A stretch of DNA of 63,076 nucleotides, the filler included, from Squatina squatina (Eukaryota), in the NCBI GenBank assembly GCA_031763465.1. It is 3 parts of 2 records of this genome, joined end to end, with 100 filler letters (N's around TTAATTAATTAA, not from the genome) between each part and the next. Parts side by side here need not be neighbours in the genome. Positions count along the whole stretch, not along the records: positions 19,105 to 48,227 come from JARFOE010000219.1; 2 more parts are not named here. The stretch is one strand, 5' to 3'. The notes under the pieces are model-generated. The model saw only the letters and a list, made by a program, of their open reading frames with translations. It made no database searches and was not told the origin of the DNA. Numbering within the stretch: the stretch's first letter is position 1; every line of letters starts with the position of its first letter. A program made the translations under genes and the position numbers. This document shows, in pieces, positions 25,751-40,000 of the stretch.

Positions 25751-26020
25751 GTAAGTTATCCTAAAGTTTTTATTTAGTTTTGNNNNNNNNNNNNNNNNNN
25801 NNNNNNNNNNNNNNNNNNNNNNNNNNNNNNNNNNNNNNNNNNNNNNNNNNNNNNNNNNNNNNNNNNNNNNNNNNNNNNNNNNNNNNNNNNNNNNNNNNNN
25901 NNNNNNNNNNNNNNNNNNNNNNNNNNNNNNNNNNNNNNNNNNNNNNNNNNNNNNNNNNNNNNNNNNNNNNNNNNNNNNNNNNNNNNNNNNNNNNNNNNNN
26001 NNNNNNNNNNNNNNNNNNNN

Positions 26021-26578
26021 TACTTATCCAACTCCCTTTTGAAAGCCACGATTGAGTCTGCCTCCACCACTCTTTCAGGCAGTGCATTCCAGATCTTAAC
26101 GTTTTTCCTCATGTCGTCTTTGGTTCTTCTGCCAATCACTGTAAATCTGTGTCATCTGGTTCTTGACCCTTCTGCCAACAGGAACAGTTCCTCTCTATCT
26201 ACTCTGTCCAGATGATTTTGAACACCTTTATCAAATTTTCTCTCAACCTTCTCTGCTCTCAGAAGAACAACCCCAGCTTTTCCAGTCTATCAATGTAACT
26301 GAAGTCCCTCATCCNNNNNNNNNNGTGCGGTGCCCAGAATTGGACACAGTACTCCAGTTGAGGTCGGACCAATGTTTTATAAAGGCTCATCATAACTTCT
26401 TTGCTTTTATACTCTCTGCCTCTATTTATGAAGCCCAGGATCCTGTATGCTTTTTTTAAAACCGCTTTCTCAACTTGCCCTGCCACCTTCAATGATTTGG
26501 TCTCTCTGTTCATGCATCCCCTTTAGAATTGTACCCTTTAGTTTATATTGCCTCTCCTCGTTCTTCCTACCAAAATAT
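26021..26578 (-). mobile_element. CR1 LINE ORF2 3' fragment, decayed
   Basis: KKAYRILGFINRGREYKSKEVMMSLYKTLVRPQLEYCVQFWAP, RLEKLGLF and WNALPERVVEA. Confidence 0.9.
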
Positions 26579-26679
26579 NNNNNNNNNNNNNNNNNNNNNN
26601 NNNNNNNNNNNNNNNNNNNNNNNNNNNNNNNNNNNNNNNNNNNNNNNNNNNNNNNNNNNNNNNNNNNNNNNNNNNNNNC

Positions 26680-27385
26680 GGTTTCCAACCTTCCCAGTAC
26701 ACCTGAGACAGCCTTAGTTCGTTATCTGTTTCTTGGTGACTCCATCCGTGGTGTGCTGTCTCTCCTTGTCCTCTGCAGCCTTTCCATAGTATTTGACACA
26801 GGTGACCACTCCATTGTCCTCCACCATCTCTCCTCTTTGGTCTATTACCTGTACACTGTAGACATCATATCTCCTACAATGGCATCTCTTGGCCTTTTCC
26901 ATGAAAACATGCTGCCACTTGGTGACTTCATCTGCAAGCATGAAGTCAGCTTCTCTCTCTCTTGTATATTTATTTATATATATGCATAAGTTTACAACAC
27001 TCAGCTCAAACCTCTCCATCACCACCCTCCACCACGTTTGTCTGACCTATTCCAACTTACCAAAGCCATCCAGTTGAGCACGCTCTAAAAGCTCCTCATC
27101 ATAGCCTGTGATTCCAGTCCTCTCCCTATCCGCTCACTGAGGCTGAATCTGTCTGTGTGCAACCTTGGTGCCCTGTTTATACCGGAGATGAGTTTTAATC
27201 CTTACATCACCATCCACCTCCACTTCCACCTTTACCTGACCGAAGCTGTCACTGAAATTTGCTCCTCCAGGCTCAAATTTTCCAATACTCTTCTTACTGG
27301 CCTCCCGAATTGCATCCTATTTAAATTACAACTTGTCCAAAATCTGCCTCTTGCAAATGTCCTGCTCCCCTATCACCCCCATCAT
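26680..27385 (+). mobile_element. Old L2 LINE RT fragment
   Basis: Degenerate STETALV, LLVLCSLSIVFDTGDHSIVLHHL (LDLSAAFDTVDH-like), NLGALF and KLQLVQN motifs. Confidence 0.7.
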
Positions 27386-27389
27386 CATT

Positions 27390-27895
27390 CTAACAACAGC
27401 AACAACTTGAATTTATATAGCGCCTTTAACATAGTAAAATGTCCTCAGGAGATTCACCAAAGCATTAACAAAATTTGACACCGAGCCACATGAGATATTG
27501 GACAGGAACTTGGTCAAAGAAGTAGAGTTTAAGGAGCATCTTAAAGGAGGAGAGAGAGCTAGAGAGGCAGAGGGGTTTATGCAGGGAATTACAGAGCTTA
27601 TGGCTTCAGCAGCTGAAGGAACAGCCACCAATGGTGGAATGATTAAAATCGGGGATGCGCAAGAGGTCAGAATTGGAGGAGCGCAGAGATCTCGGAATGT
27701 TATCGGGCCGGAGGGGGTTATTGAGATGAAATAGGACGAGGCCATGGAGGGATTTGAAAACAAAGATGAGAATTTTAAAATTGAGGCAATGTAGATCAGC
27801 GAGCACAGGGGTAATGGGTGAATGGGACATGATGCGAGTTAGGATATGGGCAGCCAAGTTTTAGATAAGCTCAAGTTTGTGGAGGGTGGAAAATG
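27390..27895 (-). mobile_element. L2 LINE 3' end
   Basis: AAHILTR..SPITPVLADLH..FKILIFVFKSLHGL plus the tail AAAGGCGCTATATAAATTCAAGTTGTTG. Confidence 0.85.
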
Positions 27896-28300
27896 GAATG
27901 TTGTAAGGGGCATAAATGAGTGTAAGCGAGGGATTGAAACTGTCACCTTCCCAGTTTGTATGGGTCAGTTCCACATGCGTACTAACTGAGAGAAGCCCAG
28001 ATAGTTTCTCTGTAGGTTTTTCCCGTTGATTTTCACTTTGATCCTAACACAAGGTGTTACGTAGTAGTTCAGCTACATGATTTGTGTCGGAAACACATTT
28101 GCACATGACTGACTGTGGTATTTGCTTGAAGTGGATGTCCTGCACGAATATGGAATAAAAGAGATTTGTTCACCATTGTAGCCCTTACAGATACTGATAT
28201 TGTTTTTGTCCTTTCAGTTGAATTTTCAATATTTCACTCTTGACATTTCTCTCAACTAATTGGAAGAAATTCTTACTTGAATTTATCTCTTTATTTACAG

Positions 28301-28783
28301 ACAGGTTCACATATTCCAGATAGCCCTCCTGCTATTCCACCCCGGCTGCCTAGGATTCCCGTATTATGTGGTCCCTCTGATGGGCCACTACACAGTGCGC
28401 CTCCACCTCCTCCAAGGGATCCACTGCCTGATACACCTCCACCCATACCAACAAGGCCTCCTGAGATCTTTATGAATGATCCCTTTAATCTTCAGCCAGC
28501 ACCAAAGGGCCGCCTTCATCGGGATCAAGATTGGTACAGAGAATCCAGCACTAACCTCAGTTCCCCCAGTACTCCTCCTCCAACACCTTCTCCCAGGGTT
28601 ATGCGGCATACTTCGAACCACAACAACCCTACTTATCCTTCTGCTCCACCTATACCTCCCAGACAGAACTCTAGTCCGCAGCTGCCAAAACTTCCACCAA
28701 AGACTTACAAACGAGAGTTATCACATCCTCCTTTGCACAGAGGTGGACTGCCATTGCTGGAAAATGCAGAAATTCCTCACTGA
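28301..28783 (+). CDS. SOS2: SOS2 terminal coding exon (proline-rich GRB2-binding tail)
   Basis: TTTACAG acceptor and several PxxPxR motifs ([26 protein letters not shown]). Ends [28 protein letters not shown] with TGA at 28781-83, matching the SOS2 C-terminus. Confidence 0.95.
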   Translation, partial: TGSHIPDSPPAIPPRLPRIPVLCGPSDGPLHSAPPPPPRDPLPDTPPPIPTRPPEIFMNDPFNLQPAPKGRLHRDQDWYRESSTNLSSPSTPPPTPSPRVMRHTSNHNNPTYPSAPPIPPRQNSSPQLPKLPPKTYKRELSHPPLHRGGLPLLENAEIPH

Positions 28784-29764
28784 CACTAAATTTTCTTGCC
28801 AGCACTGTGGGAAATCGGGCATCTGTATTAAGGCACTTGCTGTTTTTAACCTTTTTTGTCTTGTTGTTAGTAGCTGTGCAATCAAGAAACTGATATTGGA
28901 GTAAAACTGAATCTTCATGTTTCTTTCATTCAGACCACAGCACAGTTCACTGTTGTGATCTCCTCTCAGGTGATCAGTAGCATTTTCTTTCCTCAGACTT
29001 GCAGTGCCAATATAATTACCTTGAAGTGTAACACAAGTTTGCATTTGCACTGTACAAATGAATTAAATTATTTGAACCAATCATTGCACTGAGCCAACGA
29101 GATAAATCCTTGAGACTTATTTGAGCTCTAGTGGCCTTGTTAAGTGATAGAATTTTACAGACATCAGGAAGGTTATTATAATGCAGATCATGTGCAACTA
29201 TTCCGTTGTTAGAATGAGCTTTACAGGTATTTTGCCGATACAGTAAATATTTGCAGATCACCTATGGACTGAGAAAGTTTATGAAATATGGCGCTTTTTT
29301 CAAATTGTTTCTGTATCTCAATTTCTATTGGTTGGCTGCTGCAAATATTAGAGAAGAAATTATAACACTAACTTGGAATTTTTGAATCGGAAAAGCTGTC
29401 TAACNNNNNNNNNNNNNNNNNNNNNNNNNNNNNNNNNNNNNNNNNNNNNNNNNNNNNNNNNNNNNNNNNNNNNNNNNNNNNNNNNNNNNNNNNNNNNNNN
29501 NNNNGCAACCAAATCTTTTAAAACCTCTATCTATTGCTTGGTCTGTCTTGCTTCTATGTAAAGGTGCTACACAAATGTAAATTGTTCGGATCCTCACAGC
29601 CAAGAGAATCGGTTGACTTTCAACTATCAGTTTGGCTTAATATGGATATAAGTTCCATAGCTGAGGCAGAAATGTGGTAACTTACCATGTCACTGAACCC
29701 TTGTTAGTTATTGTATTAGATTTTGCACAACCACAAATAAGATCTTTTGAAGTTTTAGTTGTGA

Positions 29765-29929
<165 letters not shown>

Positions 29930-30902
29930 TGACTTTCAAACTTCTAAGAGTTTTCAACTCTTTGATGTAGTTTTCACACATTCAGAATAAAAGCTTAGGG
30001 ATTCCAGTCACCTTTACCTCTGCTTCACTGAAAGTATTATGATTAAATACAGATTTTTGTTGCGGGTGGGGAATTAACCATTCACCATCCTCTACATACC
30101 GAAGGATTAATCTAGCTTGTGAAGGGTGAATAATAAGTGGGAAGAGGGGAGACCATCACAGGAATTAGTCTTTTAAGATATTTGTTGTTATCTCAGTTGC
30201 GACTTTATTGCCATAACTTTCAGTGAAGTGCTTCCCCTAGATCACTTTCATTAATTCTCTTTCTCCTTTTTGTCAGTGCAGTAATATCTTTAGATGAGTA
30301 ATTAATCTATCCCTTGGAACCAAGCTGTAATATCTTCCTACTGATACCTGATGCCCATGATGGCTTTGGTTTCCGGAAGAGGAATTTTTAAGGTGGTTTT
30401 TCAAGTGTTATCAGTTAATCAAGGTGAGGAGGGCGAGCTGTCCTTGTACCACAGTGAAACTTGAACCCAAATAGTATCGTAAGTTTTTTTTTCTTTCATT
30501 CTTGGTGTTCCTCTGAAAATGAACATAGTTTCCATTATGTGGATGCTAAAGATCGAATAAATCAAGATACATGTTATTGAATGCAATACTTGAGAAATCT
30601 GTTAACAAAAGCAAGTTTTGAAGGTATCAAAAGCTACTTGCCCTAATGTTTGGTGTGTCTGTGTATGTATGGTTCACTGTTTGGATTTATTGGTCCTAGA
30701 TGTTGGTCAGGCAGTCAGATCATTACTCTCATTGCCATCTTGTTAATGCTGTTAGGTTAGAGTTCTGTGGTATGGAGAATAAATGTGGACCAGGAAAGAT
30801 AAGTGACATTTCTAGGTACAGTCTTTTGGTTAAGTTCTTTTTCACATAGTAAGCTTTTGCATGTTTGATCAGAGAATCAGTTTTTTTTTTAAGTATTTTT
30901 GA

Positions 30903-31023
30903 GAAACATAGAAAATAGGTGCAGGAGTAGGCCATTAGGCCCTTCAAGCCTGCACTGCCATTCAATATGATCATGGCTGATCATCCAACTCAGTACCCTG
31001 TACCTGCTTTCTCTCCATACCCC
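30903..31023 (-). mobile_element. CR1/HER1-type 3' tail
   Basis: Reverse complement of the tail at 3678-3799. Confidence 0.85.
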
Positions 31024-33727
31024 NNNNNNNNNNNNNNNNNNNNNNNNNNNNNNNNNNNNNNNNNNNNNNNNNNNNNNNNNNNNNNNNNNNNNNNNNNNNN
31101 NNNNNNNNNNNNNNNNNNNNNNNAGCACTACACTACTGCATGGTGTTTCATCTAGTGGGTTGGCTGAGAGCTAATGAACTCAACTGACTGAGGCATGTAA
31201 GTTTGAGTCACAGGCAGCCAAAAGTCATAAACTTTGCTTAAAAGTGAACTGTTCTCATGTGAACATATAAACAAGGTCTCATTCCAAATGATAAATGTAA
31301 CCTGGTACTGCTGCTGTATCTTTAAAGATGCAGAAATTGAGTACGGTGCAGCACATTAAGTGTGTACAATGAGGTAATAATCACTGATCGAACTTGCTCA
31401 AGTGGAATCCCAGGAGTGGTGCTGTTGTGGAATCAAGATTTAGTGTAACATCAAAGAACAATCCGATTATTAAAACTGGTAAGAGTCGACCACAGTTCAC
31501 TTCCATTCAGTTCGTCTGTTGCTCTTGCAGGAAATACGCAGGCTGCCTCTTACTTTGCCAGCTGCCATTTTTACGATGCTTGGTTAGTGTCTGTGGTCAG
31601 CCTGCACTTCCCCAGACAGGAACACATTTATTCAGCAACGCTTCTAATTTCCTCTTCAACTTTTCATAAGTTTTAGTTGCCTCTGAAATTTCCAGAAGTT
31701 TGTTTTATTTTAAACATTGATGTTTCAATTATTCTCATCAAATAAAAACTATAATCTTTAATGTCTATTACCTTTCTCTGTACTGCATAGATAAATCAGA
31801 TTTAATGTAGCAAGTCTTGATAAACATCTGCATGGCTGGTGCATGTTGCTACTCTATTCCCTTGTAACCAACAGAAATGGGTGGGGGAGCAAATTTCTCA
31901 GTGTCTACAACACTAACTGCTTTTTGTATCATACAGTGCATATACGAAGATGGCGGAAGGCAACTTTGTGACAAGATCATTGATCAAATTCACACTGTTT
32001 CTAGCTATTTCTTGAAGGAGACATGTTTAACATGTTTAACACCAGATACGCTCTCTGCTAGAATACAACTATTTAATTGTAAGAGCCTTTGCATTGGTTA
32101 GAAAGCCACAGGAATTTGAATTCTAAATGCTAGACTTCACGTTGCATAGTTTTAAAGTTTTGTTTGATTCTCACACCTATGGGATCTGGGACAGGTTCAC
32201 CATATCAGTGTGAAAGAAAATAGGTAATCCATACAAAAACTTATCAGAACCATTATTTGACAATCTTGCCACAGATGCTCGCAATATATACGTACAAACC
32301 CACGTGCAACAAATGGCATCAGGTTGTTTTACAATTAGTAAACGGCTCACCTGCATATTTTGCTTTGTTGCTTTCATCCATGGACCAGAAACAATGGTCA
32401 AAAGCAAACACCTATTAAAAAAAAATCAAATTCTGCAAATGTAACAACCAACTTAGCGTTACCAATGTTCAAAATCTTTTAAGAGTGTATTTTTAACTGC
32501 CCATTTCAGCCAGACCCTGTTCATGATATTTTAAAACCCTTAATAGTGGGTGACTNNNNNNNNNNGTAGCAGCATTTTCTTCATATCCAGCACTGTATTT
32601 TGTACATAGTTATACTTGCCAATTGGGATTTTACTGCTGTCTCCTTTGTGAATCTTAACTCAATTGCCAATGGATCGGAAACCCAACGAGACATTTCTCT
32701 GGAAACCTTCGAGGTGCAGCAAGACAATGAGCGAACAACCTCAAGTAAAATGGGAACTCGAGTCGGCAGATGTTTGAAATTATTTTACGCCATTCGTGTT
32801 ACAGATATGGTAAACAACTCGATAAAGATTATACAGCGCAAGATTTACTGAAATTTTATCGCACTTAAAAATCTGCGTTTGTAACTTCCTTTGCACTGCT
32901 GGGGAAATGGCGCCCCGTTGCTCCCTTTCTCAACCAGGCGGCTTTAGTTAAATTTGAGTTGTTGCGAGTTTAAATAAATATTGAAATGGTCACCGCGACA
33001 ACTCAAAAGAAAAAAAAAAATCCCCATCTGCAGTCTCGAAATCGTGNNNNNNNNNNNNNNNNNNNNNNNNNNNNNNNNNNNNNNNNNNNNNNNNNNNNNN
33101 NNNNNNNNNNNNNNNNNNNNNNNNNNNNNNNNNNNNNNNNNNNNNNAAAAAAAATTACAGGCAATACCATACGTTTGATATGGACACACCCTACACAGAA
33201 TCAAAGTGAAACATTTCAACTGACTCCTCTTAAAACCGCACCAAATTCAAGTTTAGAAATGACAGGGCTCCCATATATATTGCTTGTGATGAGTCAAAAA
33301 ACAAAGACAAATAATATACAGTGACTAAATTTGTTCAAATAAACTTAAGTTTACTAATTGAAATATAGACCTGACATCATAACTTTTCCATGAATGTAAA
33401 ATCAGCGTTCTACAGCAAGCCATTAAAAGGAAGAAATCGAAACTGAGTTTAAAATGTTGAAAAACCCAAATCGAATCATAATACAGAAAGAGGAAGTTAT
33501 TCAAATAATGGCAAATAGTTTAAAGTAAGACCTTTCAAAACACTTAACATTAAGTTCTCGTCCTCAAGATTAGTTCAGCGCATTTATATGAAACTTTCTA
33601 AAGCAAAGCCAAACTAAATGCCAAAGAAATGCAAACAAAGATGATTAGTAAAGGGCCAGGATTACTTCTCTCAGTATATATTCTTCCGAGAGGCAATTGT
33701 TTGTTTCTCTAAAACAGTTTTATATAC

Positions 33728-34474
<747 letters not shown>

Positions 34475-34574
34475 NNNNNNNNNNNNNNNNNNNNNNNNNN
34501 NNNNNNNNNNNNNNNNNNNNNNNNNNNNNNNNNNNNNNNNNNNNNNNNNNNNNNNNNNNNNNNNNNNNNNNNNN

Positions 34575-35231
34575 TTTGTCGCTCAGTGCTTATAGCCAAC
34601 ACTGTGCGACAGATCCAGGAGGAAATGATACAAGACTGCAGCTGGCAGGGACAAACGGCTTTCACAGGAAGCGATCTGTACATAGGTCATACTTCCTCAG
34701 ATAGTCTAATTGCCACAGATTTCTTATGTACTCCAACAAAAGAGCTGCATGTAGAAAGTTCCACTGCCTCCACCAGTAATACCAGCACTCTTACTAAAAG
34801 CAAGGTAAACTGCTCATCTTGTGAGAATATTACTTGTTCTTCAGCTGCTGCTTCTGTTAAAGACACCAGTACTGTAAAAGATCTGGTCCAAGCACATTTT
34901 GAAAATGATCTGAATATGTTGGAATCTGAGGAGCAGCAAGTGGATCTGAAGGAGTGTCCAAAGCCCTTGGATCAAGTATTCGGGAGTTTTGAGATTGCAA
35001 ATTACTCCAGTTCTCTCACAGACATGACAATAGATGATCTGTTTGCTGATATTGACACTTCTTGGCATGAGCTTGACTCAGTGATGTCTGGGTTGATGAC
35101 TAGTCCAAAAACGACACCAGTCATATTTGAATTACTAAACGGTTTACCATCACACACATCAACACCCATAAATTCTACCCAAAACTGCAAAACAGACTTA
35201 AATGAACTCGATCACATCATGGAGATTATTG
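34575..35231 (+). CDS. CDCA4: CDCA4 (SERTA-domain protein), partial; both ends in gaps
   Basis: SERTA end CRSVLIANTVRQIQEEM, acidic DDLFADID motif and C-terminal CKTDLNELDHIMEII. Confidence 0.9.
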
Positions 35232-36441
35232 NNNNNNNNNNNNNNNNNNNNNNNNNNNNNNNNNNNNNNNNNNNNNNNNNNNNNNNNNNNNNNNNNNNNN
35301 NNNNNNNNNNNNNNNNNNNNNNNNNNNNNNNNNNNNNNNNNNNNNNNNNNNNNNNNNNNNNNNNNNNNNNNNNNNNNNNNNNNNNNNNNNNNNNNNNNNN
35401 NNNNNNNNNNNNNNNNNNNNNNNNNNNNNNNNNNNNNNNNNNNNNNNNNNNNNNNNNNNNNNNNNNNNNNNNNNNNNNNNNNNNNNNNNNNNNNNNNNNN
35501 NNNNNNNNNNNNNNNNNNNNNNNNNNNNNNNNNNNNNNNNNNNNNNNNNNNNNNNNNNNNNNNNNNNNNNNNNNNNNNNNNNNNNNNNNNNNNNNNNNNN
35601 NNNNNNNNNNNNNNNNNNNNNNNNNNNNNNNNNNNNNNNNNNNNNNNNNNNNNNNNNNNNNNNNNNNNNNNNNNNNNNNNNNNNNNNNNNNNNNNNNNNN
35701 NNNNNNNNNNNNNNNNNNNNNNNNNNNNNNNNNNNNNNNNNNNNNNNNNNNNNNNNNNNNNNNNNNNNNNNNNNNNNNNNNNNNNNNNNNNNNNNNNNNN
35801 CAGGTACTAGACTGGTATTGAATTGTTTCCTTGCTAGATTCTCTGTGGACTTGACATGAAAATGTTCCACTTTGTTCTGTGTAATCGCAACAGTACTGTG
35901 AATCTGGGCACAGAAGACAACGCTGGCTAAGGATTGAAAATTGTGAAAATTTAAAGGTTTATTCCCAATTTAAAAAAAAAAAATTCAGTGCTTATGATTT
36001 ACGCTTTGTGGTGCATATTTTATTTCAAATTAAGCCACTTTTTACGTTTATAAAAGCCATAATTGCTGATGGTTAGATAGTTAGCACAAGCTGAATTCTA
36101 ATTGGGACAGTTGATCTAAGTTATTACAAGCGTTATTTATTTATTTAAGTGAATATCATACAATTGTGAAATTTTGGGTTGCAGCCCACAACTGATTATA
36201 ATTATGAATCCTGATTTGGATGGCAGATGTCTAGTCCAGTTTGTAAACGTCTTAAGAGCTATTTTAAAAGAGGTCAGAATTCTTTTCAAGCAGTATTATA
36301 TAGAATTGCTCTATTTAGTTAAAAGCATTAGAAAAAATTGCAGTATATTAATAGCAGTAACTATCGAGTTGTAAGTCCCAGAAAAAACTTTTGAGGTTAG
36401 GTTATGTTAAATGTGTTAAAACTAATCTATTTTGTATTATT

Positions 36442-36447
36442 AATAAA
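36442..36447 (+). promoter_or_regulatory. Candidate CDCA4 polyadenylation signal
   Basis: AATAAA at the end of an AT-rich UTR-like tract downstream of CDCA4, across a gap. Confidence 0.4.
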
Positions 36448-36454
36448 GCACTTT

Positions 36455-36523
36455 GAATTGAATTAAAATGAATTCTACAAAACTAAATTGAAATGAACTG
36501 AATTGAACTGAACTGAATTGAAC
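36455..36523 (+). repeat. Degenerate (TGAAY)n pentanucleotide repeat
   Basis: TGAACTGAATTGAACTGAACTGAATTGAAC runs into the gap. Confidence 0.8.
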
Positions 36524-36799
36524 NNNNNNNNNNNNNNNNNNNNNNNNNNNNNNNNNNNNNNNNNNNNNNNNNNNNNNNNNNNNNNNNNNNNNNNNNNNNN
36601 NNNNNNNNNNNNNNNNNNNNNNNGGGAAAAAACCCTCAAGTATCTAGTCAGGATCACATTCTATTGTTACGTCCCCAGATTATACTATCATACAAGTAGA
36701 TATAGGGTAGTCAGTCAACTTCCATAAAAGATGTCAGACTTATTAAAGAACAACTGATGCCACTGAACCTGAGGCAGTATCTACAACAGTATTCTTGGA

Positions 36800-37045
36800 T
36801 TAGGCAGGGTAAAAATGAACTTGGGCTCCAACTGCTAACTCCTGCGAACTAGTAACTCCTGCTGGAAAGTGTGTATATGTGTCAATGTACAGTGAGGATA
36901 GAATGGGCCTGGCCAATTATTCTTCCTGTGGCTGAATAGCCTTTTGATGCTTGCTGTCTAGGCTCTGCCATAATCAATAACCTCTTGGGAAAGATGTTAG
37001 AGGACAGCTGCTGCCCACCCAGCATGAATCAGTAGGAGAGAATTG
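36800..37045 (+). mobile_element. Old interspersed repeat, unclassified (SINE-like)
   Basis: Shares ordered motifs (CTGCTGGAAAGTGTG, GTGAGGA, GAATAGCC, CTGTCTAGGCTC) with eroded copies at ~180-305 and ~52700-52910. Confidence 0.45.
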
Positions 37046-40000
37046 GGTGGGGGAAGAATGATTTCTGACCGAACAGTTTCAGATGGTGGCAATCTAATTC
37101 TATACAGTCTGCACTAAGACTGCCAAAATAAAATTTGCACACATTTTAGACATACAGTACGGCTTCAAATTGGTATGAGATGGCCTCATGAAGGGGCATC
37201 ATACTTCACAATTTCTACTGCCATTTTTGTGTTGGTCTGCACCCAAAACTGTTGCACATTGATACGAAGGTGGTAGTCTAACCGCAGCCTTAAATAAAAT
37301 GTGCATGTTTTAGAAATCAAGAATTTACCTACTGATGGTGGGATTTAGTGTGGCAGCCATTGTCTTGATGATGACTGCTAAAATTACTTGTGCAAGATAG
37401 CATGTTACATTATTGTTAAATGCTTTCATTACAATGGATGTTGTGTCAGAGACAATGTGATAAATCAGGAGTTCTACAACCGTTTCATTGGGCATTTTGC
37501 TTGATGCAGTTGTACTTTGTGACCAAGTGTCACGTTGNNNNNNNNNNNNNNNNNNNNNNNNNNNNNNNNNNNNNNNNNNNNNNNNNNNNNNNNNNNNNNN
37601 NNNNNNNNNNNNNNNNNNNNNNNNNNNNNNNNNNNNNTGTATTCATACCGCCATAAAGCATTGAACTGTTACATGTGTGTGTATGTGTGCTTTTTGTATT
37701 TTTTTCACTTCCTTTTCACTGCTCCAACCATGCAGCATTTGAGTTCAACAGTAATTAAGTTATACTGTGACAATTCACTATCTTGCTCCCTGAATTCTTG
37801 CCTGGTGATTGGGGATTTCACTGTTAACTCTTGAACTTTCATATCAGTTTTTTATCAGGAATGATTTGAAGATGTACTATGAATGTTGAAACATCTTGGT
37901 TGTTGGGGAGGGGGGAACAGTGGCTATGTCAGCTTTTAATATTGGGTTAGATAGTTGGTTGGACTAAAGGGAATAAAGGGATGTGGGAATAGAGTAGGCC
38001 TCTGGGATTAGGACTACTACTCATGTGGAGGATTAACACCAACAGAGACAGGTTGGGCCAAATGGTGTGTTTCTATATAATATGTTCTATGTAATACTGT
38101 ATCCAAGAAAATATTAGTAAAGTATTGCTTTTGAAAATGACTTTTAAAATAGCACCTCTTGGAATGACCAAAAAATAAGTTTAAAATACTGTTTGTGTGT
38201 TCTACAAAATGTGTTCGGTCATCACATCTAGTTTAAACTTTTCTTCTAGCTATAGAAGGATTTGTAACTGGGTGACTAACATAGTGACACATGCATTTGA
38301 GTCATAATAGGCAGCTGTTTCACTTACTGATACAGCAATGCCTTTCAGTTTGTAACTCTCCTTTAATGGTAAAATAGTCCAAATGAGGAGGATGGCTGGT
38401 GATTGGCCTGGCCCCAGCTAAAGTGCAGCCCACTTAAATGCAGCTTTCTACGTGGCTATAACCATCACCCGTCACACACTTATTTCCTGTCGTTGGCTTG
38501 CTTCTTTGTCAGGCTGCAGCCACTGAGAGGCTGGTTCATGTTCCTGCCCTAAGTGTGTAATCCGTGGGAGTCAGACTGCCAAACGCCTACTGCTTGCCAC
38601 TGCATCACTGAGTCACGCTTAACAATTTTTCATGCTAGGTGACTGAATTGTACCAACAAAATGTTAATAAAANNNNNNNNNNNNNNNNNNNNNNNNNNNN
38701 NNNNNNNNNNNNNNNNNNNNNNNNNNNNNNNNNNNNNNNNNNNNNNNNNNNNNNNNNNNNNNNNNNNNNNNNTACTAATTGCATCAAAATATTTCCAGCA
38801 GTGTGAATTTAATCATAATTCCTTTAAAAACAAATTTACGGAAATGGAAAGTTGCCATTATTTGTTCAAACAGCTTCCATGTGGCCAATAAAAATATGGA
38901 CTAGTTTCTCGGTGAGTACATGTGTCTTTTAAATGTATTTAGAAGGGTAGTTTAATCAGGATGTCTCTATACAGTTAACAAGAAATGTGTTAACACCCTT
39001 TATTCTATCCATTTCTTTGTGTATTATTTTAAATATATATTTTTGCATAAGCTGCAAGCATTGAGGTTTTAAGTTGAGGGTACTGGCTTGGAAGGATTAC
39101 TGAGCCTGACTGACTGCAATTATGCATACATCAATTCATTTCAACTAATATATATGTGTATATAGTTGATGTTGAATTATTCCTGTTTCTGACTCTGTGC
39201 ATGTTGATTCAGCTTACTTGTATGGTTTGAATAGCTCCTTCAACGTAGTAATCTAATCAATGTAAAAAGCATTGACTGTTTCAGTAATACATCTTGTTTT
39301 GTTAAACAGACAGCAGAATACAAAAGAGCTTTTACCTTAATTCTTTTTAATTCTCTGATTTTAAAAAATATATATATTTAGGATTGAATATGGTGAGACT
39401 CTTTTTTAAAGTCCTCATTCTTACTACTAAAATAGAAACATCGTAAATGGGAGCCAGTTATGAAATAAGTTTTTAAATGTCCTGTAGCTTTGTCTGAGGC
39501 ACTTTTTATTTCAGTAATGTTTTTACAGTATCCACGTGGATTGCAGTGTATAATGCTTCAACAAACTGCTGTTAGCGGACATGGTAGAGACACAGTCAGC
39601 ATTTCTGGAATAGCACAGTTGGGGCCCTGTGTGCTTGTTGGGCAGTTCTCTGACTGTTCACCAAGCTGGAGATGGACACTATTGCAAGCAACAAAGCTCC
39701 ACCCACTTTTCAAGCAGCTTAGTGTTCTGCGTCATTGTGCTTGTGCAGTTGCTGTTTGTCAGCTGTCTGAAAAAAGCAAGACAGCTGCATGGCAGTTTGT
39801 GCAAGTGAGAATTCTAGCTTGCGTACAAAAACTGGTCTAAAAACCAAGCGAGGACTAATTCATTTTCATTCGAAATGTTCAAAATGTACTGTCACACTAA
39901 CTCCAGAGATTTGGAAATAAAAATTGTGGCACTTTGGAACAAGGTAAGCTTTTATTGTGTAGCAGTTACACTAATTATCACAAAAATATCTGCTTCTTTG

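Noticed and set aside
22599-28300. Loss of SOS2 exons (much of the CDC25 domain and the pre-terminal exons)
   Set aside because: The missing exons coincide with assembly gaps of unknown size. The visible exons are intact.
29986-30561. AATAAA sites as SOS2 poly(A) signals
   Set aside because: They lie downstream of a VCPKMT exon on a different contig, so they are probably intronic.
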